Origin: an uncultured Akkermansia sp.
GTDB taxonomy: Bacteria; Verrucomicrobiota; Verrucomicrobiia; Opitutales; Opitutaceae
Direction of reading: 5' to 3'
Assembly (NCBI GenBank): GCA_966252115.1
Contig: CBINNW010000007.1
Location: 2,142-66,141 of the forward strand
Length of the DNA: 64,000 nucleotides
Positions 1 to 7,571 of this stretch are shown piece by piece. The notes under the pieces were generated by a model that saw only the letters and a list, made by a program, of their open reading frames with translations, ran no database searches and was not told where the DNA came from. The position numbers and the translations under genes are program-made. Position 1 is the first letter of the stretch. Every line of letters begins with the position of its first letter.

Positions 1-84
1 CACATCATTCCCGTGACGGTGCTCTCCGTCGCCTTCGTCTTCGTCGGCCTGCGCTTCCGCTTCGGCGGCCTGTCGCTGCCCTGA
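1..84 (+). CDS. 3' end of a CDS entering from upstream (hydrophobic C-terminus)
   Basis: Frame 1 is open from base 1 to TGA 82-84 and reads HIIPVTVLSVAFVFVGLRFRFGGLSLP*. It looks like a membrane-helix tail but is too short for family assignment. Confidence 0.3.
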   Translation, partial: HIIPVTVLSVAFVFVGLRFRFGGLSLP

Positions 85-124
85 ACCCGCGTCCGCCGCC
101 GCCCGCCCCCCGCGTTTTCCTCCC

Positions 125-460
125 ATGGCCTTCTCCGTATTCGCTCCCGAACGAGCCGAGCTCACGCCGCTCGCGCCCCTCGCCACGCCCAGCGCGGCCG
201 GCATCACCAGCCGCACGCTTTTGAAAACCACCGGCGGCAAGTCCGTGCTCTTCGCCTTCGACGCCGGCCAGGAGCTCACCGAGCACACCAATCCCAACCA
301 CGCCCTCATCCAGGTGCTCACCGGCACCCTCCACCTGACCCTCGCCGGCCGCCCCGAAACGCTGCGTCCGGGCTCGCTGCTCCACATGCCGCCCCAGCTC
401 CCCCACGCCGTGCGCGCCGACGAACCCGCCACCTTTCTCCTCACCCTCCTCGCGCCCTGA
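125..460 (+). CDS. small cupin-domain protein
   Basis: 111-aa ORF with a single cupin-like core (..GQELTEHTNPNHALIQVLTG..LLHMPPQLPHAV..). Confidence 0.55.
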   Translation: MAFSVFAPERAELTPLAPLATPSAAGITSRTLLKTTGGKSVLFAFDAGQELTEHTNPNHALIQVLTGTLHLTLAGRPETLRPGSLLHMPPQLPHAVRADEPATFLLTLLAP

Positions 461-462
461 TT

Positions 463-596
463 AAATCAGAGGGACAGAGCGACAGGGGACAGAACGGCAG
501 CACCCAAATCCACAACCTCCGCCGTCTCGTAGTTCGGTCGCTCCGTCCCTCTACCCTTCTGTAGCTCAATGACTCTGTAGCTCTGTCCCTCTTTTT
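463..596. repeat. phased inverted-arm element, CAGAGG-unit variant
   Basis: Left arm AAATCAGAGGGACAGAGCGACAGGGGACAGAACGGCAG pairs imperfectly with right arm ..CTCTGTAGCTCTGTCCCTCTTTTT. It fills the whole cupin-DUF2249 spacer. Confidence 0.7.
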
Positions 597-601
597 CCGC
601 C

Positions 602-940
602 ATGCCCACGCAAACCCTCCATCCCGCCCTCGCCCCGATTCCCGCCGCCGAGCTGCTCGACGCCCGCGACATCCCCTGCTCGCGCAAGCACCCGCTTATC
701 CTCGAACGCGCCGACGCGCTGCCCATCGGCGCCTCCTTCGTCCTCGTCAACGGCCACGCCCCCGAGCCCCTGCGTTACCAGTTCGAGGCGCTCGCGCCGC
801 GCTGCTTCCGGTGGGACTACCTGGTCAACGAGGACGACCTCGCCGCCGTCCGCATCACCCGCATCGCCGCCACGCCCGCCGGAGCCCCCGGCCTGCGCGG
901 CGCCGTTCCCGCCCCCGGCGGCTGCGGCCACCATGGATGA
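602..940 (+). CDS. DUF2249-family protein
   Basis: 112 aa. LDARDIPCSRKHPLILERADALPIGASFVLVNGHAPEPLRYQFEA fits the DUF2249 pattern. Confidence 0.6.
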   Translation: MPTQTLHPALAPIPAAELLDARDIPCSRKHPLILERADALPIGASFVLVNGHAPEPLRYQFEALAPRCFRWDYLVNEDDLAAVRITRIAATPAGAPGLRGAVPAPGGCGHHG

Positions 941-1004
941 ACCGCTCCCGCGCTCACCGTGAAAACTCTTCACGGCCCGCCCACGCCCCTCGCCACATTG
1001 GTCG

Positions 1005-2012
1005 TTGGACATCGGCCCTTCGGCCTTTCACGCTGCCACCGTGACTGATCCCTTCGGACGCGAAATAGACTACCTGCGCATCTCCGTCACCGACCGGTGC
1101 AACGAGCGCTGCCTCTATTGCATGCCCGAGGGCTACAAGGGCTGGGCCAAACGCGCCGACCACCTCGACGCCTCCCAGCTCGTCGCCATCGCCGCCGCCG
1201 CCGCCCGCCTCGGCTTCCGCAAGTTTCGCCTCACCGGCGGCGAACCCCTCATCCGCGCCGACTTTCTCGACATCGCCCGCGGCATCGGCGCCCTCCCCGG
1301 CCTGCACTCGCTCGGCGTCTCGACCAACGGCCTCAAACTCGCCGAACTCGCCGTCCCGCTCGCCCGCGCCGGCGTGCGCTCGGTCAACGTCTCCCTCGAC
1401 GCGCTCGACCCCGACCGCTACCGCCGCATCACCGGCGGCGACGTCGCCCGCGTGCTCGCCGGCATCCGCGCCGCCCAGGCCGAGGGCCTGTTCGTGAAGC
1501 TCAACTGCGTGCTCCTGCGCGGGGTCAACGAGACCGAGTATCGTCCCCTCGTCCGCCTCTCCGCCGAGCTCGGCGCGCCGCTGCGTTTCATCGAGCTCAT
1601 GCCGCTCTCGGACTCGGAGGTGTTGTCCGAAAAAAACTTCCTCTCCGTCGCCGAACTCCGCGCCCGCCTCCACGCCGAATCGCCCCTCGAACCGCTCTCC
1701 GACTACCGTCCCGGCCACGGTCCCGCGCGTTACTGGCGCGACCGCGCCAGCGGCGCCCACCTCGGCTTCATCGGCGCGATCACCACCACCGATTTCTGCG
1801 CCACCTGCAACAAACTGCGCCTCACCGCCGACGGCAAAATCCGCCCCTGCCTCGGCCGCCACGGCGAGCTCGACCTCGCCTCCGCCCTCGCCTCCGGCTC
1901 CCCCGCCGCCCTCGACGCCCTGCTCGCCCAGGCCATCGCCCAAAAACCCCAGGACCACCAATTCAACGCCGACTACCACCCCGCCCGGCCCATGACCGCC
2001 ATCGGCGGCTAA
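1005..2012 (+). CDS. moaA: GTP 3',8-cyclase (radical SAM) MoaA
   Basis: CNERCLYCMP radical-SAM motif, GGEPL, and the C-terminal cluster CATCNKLRLTADGKIRPCL. An in-frame GTG at 1041 is an alternative start. Confidence 0.95.
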   Translation: MDIGPSAFHAATVTDPFGREIDYLRISVTDRCNERCLYCMPEGYKGWAKRADHLDASQLVAIAAAAARLGFRKFRLTGGEPLIRADFLDIARGIGALPGLHSLGVSTNGLKLAELAVPLARAGVRSVNVSLDALDPDRYRRITGGDVARVLAGIRAAQAEGLFVKLNCVLLRGVNETEYRPLVRLSAELGAPLRFIELMPLSDSEVLSEKNFLSVAELRARLHAESPLEPLSDYRPGHGPARYWRDRASGAHLGFIGAITTTDFCATCNKLRLTADGKIRPCLGRHGELDLASALASGSPAALDALLAQAIAQKPQDHQFNADYHPARPMTAIGG

Positions 2013-2048
2013 ACACGCCCCGCCGCCCGCCCCTCACCGCCTCCCGCG

Positions 2049-2732
2049 ATGCACAATAAACTCGGTTCCTGGGTCTGGCTCGGTGGTGGCTCCCTCGCCG
2101 CCATCGCCGGCATGGTCAACGCCATCGGCTTTCTCGGTTACAGCCACCAGGCCGTCACCCACCTCTCCGGCACCACCACGCTGCTCAGCGTGGCGGCCAA
2201 ACAGCTGGACGGCGCCGCCGCCCTCCACCTCGGCACCGTCCTCGTCGCCTTTCTCCTCGGCGCCACCCTGAGCGGCTTCATCGTGCGCGGCCAAAGCCTG
2301 AAACTCGGACGCCGCTACGGCGTCGCGCTCGGCATCGAGGGCGCGCTCCTGTTCGCCGCCGCCCTCCTCCTGCGCCACCGAGTCGAGGCCGGCAGCTACT
2401 TCGCCTCCGCCGCCTGCGGCCTGCAAAACGCCATGGCCACCACCTACAGCGGCGCGATCCTGCGCACCACCCACGTCACCGGCATCGTCACCGACATCGG
2501 CTCGGCCCTCGGCCACGCCCTGCGCGGGCTGGAGGTGGACTGGCTCCGGGTCCGCCTGCACGGCGTCGTGCTGGCCGGCTTTTTCGGAGGCGGCATCGTC
2601 GGCGCCATCCTCTTCGGCCTCGCCGGCACTGACGCCCTTTTTTATCCCGCGCTCAGCACCTTCGTCGTCGCCCTCGCCTACACCGCCTACGCCCACCACC
2701 GCCGACTCACGGCCTCCCGCACCGCCCCATGA
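2049..2732 (+). CDS. DUF1275/YoaK-family membrane protein
   Basis: 227 aa, polytopic and hydrophobic. The N-terminal GGSLAAIAGMVNAIGFLG..HLSGTTT is typical of DUF1275. Its stop overlaps the moaD start (ATGA at 2729-2732). Confidence 0.75.
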   Translation: MHNKLGSWVWLGGGSLAAIAGMVNAIGFLGYSHQAVTHLSGTTTLLSVAAKQLDGAAALHLGTVLVAFLLGATLSGFIVRGQSLKLGRRYGVALGIEGALLFAAALLLRHRVEAGSYFASAACGLQNAMATTYSGAILRTTHVTGIVTDIGSALGHALRGLEVDWLRVRLHGVVLAGFFGGGIVGAILFGLAGTDALFYPALSTFVVALAYTAYAHHRRLTASRTAP

Positions 2733-2968
2733 CCCTGCTCTACTTCGCCCAAGCCCGCCAGATCGCGGGCCGCTCCTCCGAGTCCCTCGAAACCGCGGCC
2801 CCGCTCGACGCCGACCAGCTCTGGCACCGGCTCCTGCAACTGCATCCCGACCTCGCCATCCTGCACCCGGTCATCCGCCTCGCCCGCAACGGCGAGTTCG
2901 CCACCGCCGCCACGCTCTTCCACCCCGGCGACGAGGTCGCCCTCATCCCGCCCGTCTCGGGCGGTTGA
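2729..2968 (+). CDS. moaD: molybdopterin synthase sulfur-carrier subunit MoaD
   Basis: 79 aa ending in the diagnostic Gly-Gly (..IPPVSGG*). Sits in a moa operon context. Confidence 0.85.
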   Translation: MTLLYFAQARQIAGRSSESLETAAPLDADQLWHRLLQLHPDLAILHPVIRLARNGEFATAATLFHPGDEVALIPPVSGG

Positions 2969-3063
2969 CTACGCCGCCTCCCGCTCGTCCCCATCCGGCT
3001 TCTCCGTTTCCTCCTTTCCAGCCTTCCACATTCGAAGATTCCGCAACGCCCCTCGCGCCCCCG

Positions 3064-3480
3064 ATGCAGCTTCACATCCACGTCGGCCCGGAGCCGATAC
3101 CGTCGTCCCTGCCTCCGCCTCACGACGGACCGGAGGCGGGCGCCCTTGCCGAGTTCCGCGGGCTGGTGCGCGGCGATGAAAACGGTCGCCCCATCGGCGG
3201 CCTGCGCTACGAGGCCTATCAACCGATGGCCGAGCGCGAGATCGCCCGCATCGTCGAAGAGCTCGGCATCGCGCACCCCGTCCACGCCGTGCGGGTTCTG
3301 CACCGCATCGGCCCGGTGCCGGTGGGTGAAGCCGCCATCTACATCGGCGTGAGCTCCCGTCACCGCGCGGAAGCCTTCGCCCTGCTAGTCGGCTTCATGG
3401 ACCGCCTCAAAAAAGACGTGCCCATCTGGAAAACCGACACGCTCCCGGCGGAGGCGCGGCAGGACTTTCCGGAACGGTAG
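3064..3480 (+). CDS. moaE: molybdopterin synthase catalytic subunit MoaE
   Basis: MQLHIHVGPEPI.. aligns to the MoaE N-terminus. Conserved HRIGPVPVGEAAIYIGVSSRHRAEAF and KKDVPIWK are present. The track ORF starts at TTG 2965 with a Pro-rich 33-aa extension that I discount. Confidence 0.85.
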   Translation: MQLHIHVGPEPIPSSLPPPHDGPEAGALAEFRGLVRGDENGRPIGGLRYEAYQPMAEREIARIVEELGIAHPVHAVRVLHRIGPVPVGEAAIYIGVSSRHRAEAFALLVGFMDRLKKDVPIWKTDTLPAEARQDFPER

Positions 3481-3592
3481 GGCGCGAACACCGGGCGCGC
3501 CGGTTTGGGTGACGCTCACCGTCCGTCCTCGGCGGCGGGCCCGGCGGTCCCGCCCTACCCTTGAGTCTCAATCAATCCCGAAACTGGCATGA
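3478..3592 (+). repeat. GC-rich dyad element, copy 1 (with 3' tail)
   Basis: Reads TAGGGCGCGAACACCGGGCGCGCC..GGCGGGCCCGGCGGTCCCGCCCTACC plus the tail CTTGAGTCTCAATCAATCCCGAAACTGGCAT. Its first three bases are the moaE stop codon. Confidence 0.8.
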
Positions 3593-3707
3593 CATGTGAC
3601 GAGCAACCAACCGCCAAGCCACGCCCCCACCGAAGCCCTTCACCTCCCGCATCCCCCCAACTTCTTTCCGCTGGCTTCCGACCTCTGCCCCCTGAATCCG
3701 CCGCCCT

Positions 3708-3778
3708 CGGACGGACCTCCGTGATCTCCGTGTCCGCGCTCCGTGTCCTCCGTGTCGAAACTCGAAAAGATCGAAATC
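3708..3778. repeat. solo right arm of the CACGGAG-unit element
   Basis: CGGACGGACCTCCGTGATCTCCGTGTCCGCGCTCCGTGTCCTCCGTGTCGAAACTCGAAAAGATCGAAATC. No complementary arm lies nearby. Confidence 0.75.
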
Positions 3779-3802
3779 CCCACCAACGCCACGCCTCCCC
3801 GC

Positions 3803-4996
3803 ATGCTCACCGTCTCCGCCGTCTGGGAAAAACTCGACTCGCTCGTCGCTCCCCTGCCCTCCGAGCCCCTCCCGCTCAACGCCGCGCTCGGCCGGGTGCT
3901 GCGCGAGGAGATCGTCTCGCCCGAGGACCAGCCCGCCTTCGACCGCTCGGCCATCGACGGCTACGTCGCCCCGCTCGACACGCCCGCCGGCGCCACCCTG
4001 CAACTCGTCGGTGACATTCCCACCGGACGCACCGCCCCCGATTTCCCCGACACCGCCGACGCCTGCCTCAAACTATTCACCGGCTCCGCCGTGCCCGCGG
4101 GGCCGCTCGGCCTCGTCATGCACGAGGACACGACGCCCGCCACGGCGCCCGACGGCGCCCCGCTCGTCACCCTTCACGTCGCACCCTCCGACCGGCTTGT
4201 CCGCCGCCGCGCCTCGCAGCTTCGCGCCGGCGCCACCCTGCTCGCCGCCGGCTCCACGCTCACGCCCGGTGCCCTCGCCCTGCTCGCCTCCGTCGGCCAG
4301 GTGAGCCCCCGCGTCGCCCGCCGCCCGCGCGTGGCGCACCTGATCACCGGCGGCGAGCTCGTGCCCGCCGACCACCGTCCCGCGCCGGGGCAGCTCCGCG
4401 ACAGCAACTCCGCCCTCATCGCCGGCCTGCTCGCCAACCACGGCGCCGAACTCGTCGCGCACGCCCGCGCCGGCGAAAGCTTCGAGGAAGCGAGCGACGC
4501 CTTCGCCCGCCTCCTCGCCTCGACGCCCGACATCCTGCTCGTCTCCGGCGGCTCCTCGCGCGGCGAGCACGACCACGCCGCCCGCGTGCTCGCCACGCAT
4601 GGTTTCGCGCTCGCGGTGGACCAGGTCGCCTCGCGCCCCGGCAAGCCGCTGCTCGTCGCCACCCGAGAGGTCCCCGGCGGACGCCAGATCGCCTTCGGTC
4701 TGCCCGGCAACCCGCTGTCCCACTTCGTCTGTTTTCACCTCTTCGTTGCCCGCGTGCTCGCCCGCCTCACGGGCGCCGCGCCCGCGCCGCTCATGCGCCT
4801 GCCGCTCGCACCCGGCGCGCCGCTCCGCCCCGATCCGCGCGAGACCTGGTGGCCCGCCACGCGCACGCCCACCGGTTACGCCCCCCTGCCGTGGGCCGAC
4901 TCGAGCGACCTCACCGGCCTCGCCCGCACCCACGCACTCCTGCGCGTGCCGAGCGCCGCCGCCCCCGACACCACCGCAGACGGAATCCTCGTCTGA
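3803..4996 (+). CDS. moeA: molybdopterin molybdenumtransferase MoeA
   Basis: FDRSAIDGY, GGSSRGEHD and LPGNPLS motifs. The track start GTG 3743 lies inside the repeat arm, so ATG 3803 (MLTVSAVWEKLD) is preferred. Confidence 0.9.
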   Translation: MLTVSAVWEKLDSLVAPLPSEPLPLNAALGRVLREEIVSPEDQPAFDRSAIDGYVAPLDTPAGATLQLVGDIPTGRTAPDFPDTADACLKLFTGSAVPAGPLGLVMHEDTTPATAPDGAPLVTLHVAPSDRLVRRRASQLRAGATLLAAGSTLTPGALALLASVGQVSPRVARRPRVAHLITGGELVPADHRPAPGQLRDSNSALIAGLLANHGAELVAHARAGESFEEASDAFARLLASTPDILLVSGGSSRGEHDHAARVLATHGFALAVDQVASRPGKPLLVATREVPGGRQIAFGLPGNPLSHFVCFHLFVARVLARLTGAAPAPLMRLPLAPGAPLRPDPRETWWPATRTPTGYAPLPWADSSDLTGLARTHALLRVPSAAAPDTTADGILV

Positions 4997-5015
4997 TCTT
5001 GTTCGTGCCAAGAAT

Positions 5016-5122
5016 TTGACCACGGAGATCACGGCGCGCCACGGGGAGAAATTCGCCCAAGACCGGCCCTCCGTCCCTTGCTTTCATTCCTCCGTGCTCT
5101 CCGTGTCCTCCGTGGTTAAAAA
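5016..5122. repeat. short-form CACGGAG inverted-arm element
   Basis: TTGACCACGGAGATCACGGCGCGCCACGGGGAG, about 40 nt of loop, then CCTCCGTGCTCTCCGTGTCCTCCGTGGTTAAAAA. Fills the moeA-moaC gap. Confidence 0.8.
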
Positions 5123-5135
5123 CCAAAACTCCGCC

Positions 5136-5606
5136 ATGTCCGCCGACTCCTCCGCGACCTCGCCATCCTTCAGCCACCTCGACGCCTCCGGCGCCGCCCG
5201 CATGGTGGATGTCGGCCACAAACCCATCCAGACCCGTTCCGCCACCGCCGCCGGAGAACTGGTCTGCCAGACCGCCACCATCGAGCTCCTGCGCGCGCAA
5301 GCCCTGCCCAAGGGCGACGTGCTCGCCGCCGCCCGCCTCGCCGGCATCCTCGCCGCCAAGCGCACCGACGAGCTCATCCCCCTCTGCCACGGGCTCCCCC
5401 TCGACTCGATCTCCGTCGATTTCACGATCCTCGCCGACCGTATCCAAATTTCCGCGACGGCTCGCGTCTCCGCCCGCACCGGCGTGGAGATGGAGGCCCT
5501 CGTCGCCGTCACCGTCGCCGGCCTCACCCTCTACGACATGATGAAGGCCGTGGACAAAACCATGGTGCTCGGCTCCGTGCGCGTGACCGAAAAGCGGAAA
5601 TTTTGA
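5136..5606 (+). CDS. moaC: cyclic pyranopterin monophosphate synthase MoaC
   Basis: FSHLD..MVDVGHK, ELIPLCH and GVEMEALVAVTVAGLTLYDMMKA are typical of MoaC. ATG 5136 is in frame within the longer track ORF. Confidence 0.95.
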   Translation: MSADSSATSPSFSHLDASGAARMVDVGHKPIQTRSATAAGELVCQTATIELLRAQALPKGDVLAAARLAGILAAKRTDELIPLCHGLPLDSISVDFTILADRIQISATARVSARTGVEMEALVAVTVAGLTLYDMMKAVDKTMVLGSVRVTEKRKF

Positions 5607-5701
5607 ACCACGGAGTTACACGGAGCTAAAATCCTCCGAGCCCTCGTTTCCGATTCATTCTCTACAACCTCTCCGTGCCTTCCGTGTCCTCCGTGGTTAA
5701 A
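5603..5701. repeat. short-form CACGGAG inverted-arm element
   Basis: TTGAACCACGGAGTTACACGGAG, loop, then CTCTCCGTGCCTTCCGTGTCCTCCGTGGTTAAA. It overlaps the moaC stop and all candidate mog starts. Confidence 0.8.
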
Positions 5702-6178
5702 CCGCTCCGCATCGCCCGCGTCACCCTGAGCGACCGCGCCAACGCCGGCGTTTACGCCGACCTGAGCGGCCCCGAGATCGAGCGTGTGCTCCGCGAGCAC
5801 CTCGGGCCCGATCACACGATCCTCGCCCACCTGCTGCCCGACGAACGCGCCGCGCTCTCCGCCCTGCTCATCCGGCTCTGCGACGAGGACCGCTGCGACC
5901 TCGTGGTGACCACCGGCGGCACCGGCCCCTCGCCCCGCGACATCACCCCCGAGGCAACCCGCGCGGTGCTCGAACGCGAGTTGCCGGGTTTCGGCGAGGC
6001 CATGCGCGCGGTGAGCTTCGCCAAGGTCCCCACCGCCATCCTCTCCCGCGCCACCGCCGGCACGCGCGGACGCTCGCTCCTCATCAACCTGCCGGGCAAT
6101 CCCCGCGCCATCGGCGAGTGCCTGCCGCCCCTCGTGCCCGCCATCCGCGAATGCCTCCGCCACCTCAACGGCGAATGA
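5675..6178 (+). CDS. mog: molybdopterin adenylyltransferase MogA/MoaB family
   Basis: LRIARVTLSDRA.., TGGTGPSPRD and NLPGNPRA motifs. By alignment to Mog N-termini, the true start is probably GTG 5693. Confidence 0.9.
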   Translation: MPSVSSVVKPLRIARVTLSDRANAGVYADLSGPEIERVLREHLGPDHTILAHLLPDERAALSALLIRLCDEDRCDLVVTTGGTGPSPRDITPEATRAVLERELPGFGEAMRAVSFAKVPTAILSRATAGTRGRSLLINLPGNPRAIGECLPPLVPAIRECLRHLNGE

Positions 6179-6227
6179 CAGAACGCTCCGCCTCGTCGCC
6201 CGCCTCGCCACCCGTCTCCGTCCCCTC

Positions 6228-6707
6228 ATGCAAGTCACGCACCTCTACCTTTCCCCCGGGCACAACTACTTCGGCCACCACGGCCAGTCCGCCGGAGAAC
6301 ACCCGACCCTCGCCGTCCCCGAGGTCGAATGCGTCGCCGGACGCGGCCTCATGGGGGACCGCTTTTTCGACTACAAGGCGGACTACAAAGGGCAGATCAC
6401 TTTCTTCGCCGAGGAGGTCTGGCTCGATCTCTGCGCCCGCCTCGGCATCGCGCCCGCCGAGCGTCCGCCCGGCGTTTTCCGCCGCAACGTCATCACCCGC
6501 GGCGTGGACCTCAACAGCCTCATCGGCCGCGAGTTCACCCTTCAGCGCGTCGTCTTCGAGGGCGTGGCCGAATGCACACCCTGCCACTGGATGGACGAGG
6601 CCTTCGCCCCGGGCGCCCACGCCGCTCTCGCCGGCCGGGGCGGCCTGCGGGCCAAGATCCTCACCGACGGCGTGCTCCGCATCGATGCGCACGAACCCCG
6701 AGTTTGA
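6228..6707 (+). CDS. MOSC-domain protein
   Basis: 159 aa. GDRFFD.. and the conserved Cys region EGVAECTPCHWMD are typical of the MOSC beta-barrel. Confidence 0.8.
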   Translation: MQVTHLYLSPGHNYFGHHGQSAGEHPTLAVPEVECVAGRGLMGDRFFDYKADYKGQITFFAEEVWLDLCARLGIAPAERPPGVFRRNVITRGVDLNSLIGREFTLQRVVFEGVAECTPCHWMDEAFAPGAHAALAGRGGLRAKILTDGVLRIDAHEPRV

Positions 6708-7284
6708 CGCGGTGCTTCTGGCCGGCGGTCGCTCCTCGCGCATGGGGCGCGACAAGGCCCTGCTCCCCCACCCCGCCACCGGCCAGCCGCTGATTCTGCG
6801 CCAGCTCGACCTGCTGCGCTCGCTCGGACCGCGCACCCTTTGGCTCTCCGTCCGACTGGGACAGGATTACCCGGAGGTGCCCGCCGATGTGCCACGCGTG
6901 CGAGACTCCGGCGACGGCGGCCCGTTGGAGGCCATCATCGCCGCCCTCGCCGCCTGCGCCGCGCCCCGCCTGCTCGTGTTGGCCGTCGATATGCCGGGCA
7001 CCACGCGCGAGTTTCTGGGCCAGCTCCTGACGGCCGGAGGGAACGACACCGGCGCGGTGCCCTCGCATCCGGAATCGGGCCTGCACGAGCCGCTCTGCGC
7101 CGTTTACCCGCGCCTGCCCGAACTGCGTGCCCGACTGGAAGCCGCGCGCAGCCGGGGCGCGCTTTCGCTGCAACCGCTCCTCACCGAGGCGATCCGCTCC
7201 GGCTGGATGATCCCGCACGCGCTAAATCCGCTCGCCGCGCCGGATCTGTTGACCAACTGGAACCAGCCCGGGGATATTCCCTAA
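6685..7284 (+). CDS. mobA: molybdenum cofactor guanylyltransferase MobA
   Basis: N-terminal AVLLAGGRSSRMGRDKALL motif. ATG 6685 is in frame in the 388-aa track ORF. Overlaps the MOSC gene by 23 nt. Confidence 0.85.
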   Translation: MRTNPEFDAVLLAGGRSSRMGRDKALLPHPATGQPLILRQLDLLRSLGPRTLWLSVRLGQDYPEVPADVPRVRDSGDGGPLEAIIAALAACAAPRLLVLAVDMPGTTREFLGQLLTAGGNDTGAVPSHPESGLHEPLCAVYPRLPELRARLEAARSRGALSLQPLLTEAIRSGWMIPHALNPLAAPDLLTNWNQPGDIP

Positions 7285-7292
7285 ACTCAACG

Positions 7293-7315
7293 GGAGCGAT
7301 TCCCCGGGTCGCTCC
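7293..7315 (+). repeat. stem-loop GGAGCGA-N9-TCGCTCC after mobA (small-hairpin family)
   Basis: Perfect 7-bp stem starting 9 nt after the mobA stop. The prefix CGGGAGC resembles the hairpins at 27487 and 57457. No U-tract. Confidence 0.5.
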
Positions 7316-7571
7316 GACCCGGCGCGGGCCCGCCCGGCGGCAACACGCGCCAAAACGCGCCTCCGCGCCCGTTTACCGCGCAATGGGCGCGCCAGCCTGT
7401 CCCGAATTTTCCCCGAAAAGCGCCGAGGGAAAAACAAGGAACGACTTGATTTTTCGACGGAACCATTTGCGGGGGCGCGGTTCCCATCCTATGTCCCTTC
7501 GTCCGCAGAGCCCGGCACGAAACGTTCTGGTTGTTTAGGAACCCTTCCACCCTCGACCCACCGAATCGCCC

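Noticed and set aside
5-406. A 133-aa minus-strand ORF at the window start.
   Set aside because: It is a Gly/Arg-rich shadow of the plus-strand cupin gene and of the upstream gene's 3' end.
940-1005. A Moco riboswitch upstream of moaA.
   Set aside because: Only about 65-100 nt of spacer is available, and I see none of the conserved Moco-motif helices. The upstream spacer at 461-601 is occupied by a repeat element.
2821-2837. A TGGCAC..TGCA sigma-54-like match inside moaD.
   Set aside because: The GG-to-GC spacing is off by one, and the site lies inside a coding region of a translationally coupled operon.
3716-3760. A CRISPR array, suggested by the regularly spaced CTCCGTG repeats here and at the other arms.
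   Set aside because: The units are 7 nt with 2-4 nt between them, there are no unique spacers, the arrays have only 4-5 units, the arms come in inverted pairs, and there are no cas genes.
6118-7284. A 388-aa ORF taken as one gene.
   Set aside because: The first 189 codons are a Ser/Pro/Ala-rich out-of-frame overlap of the MOSC gene. The MobA homology starts at ATG 6685.
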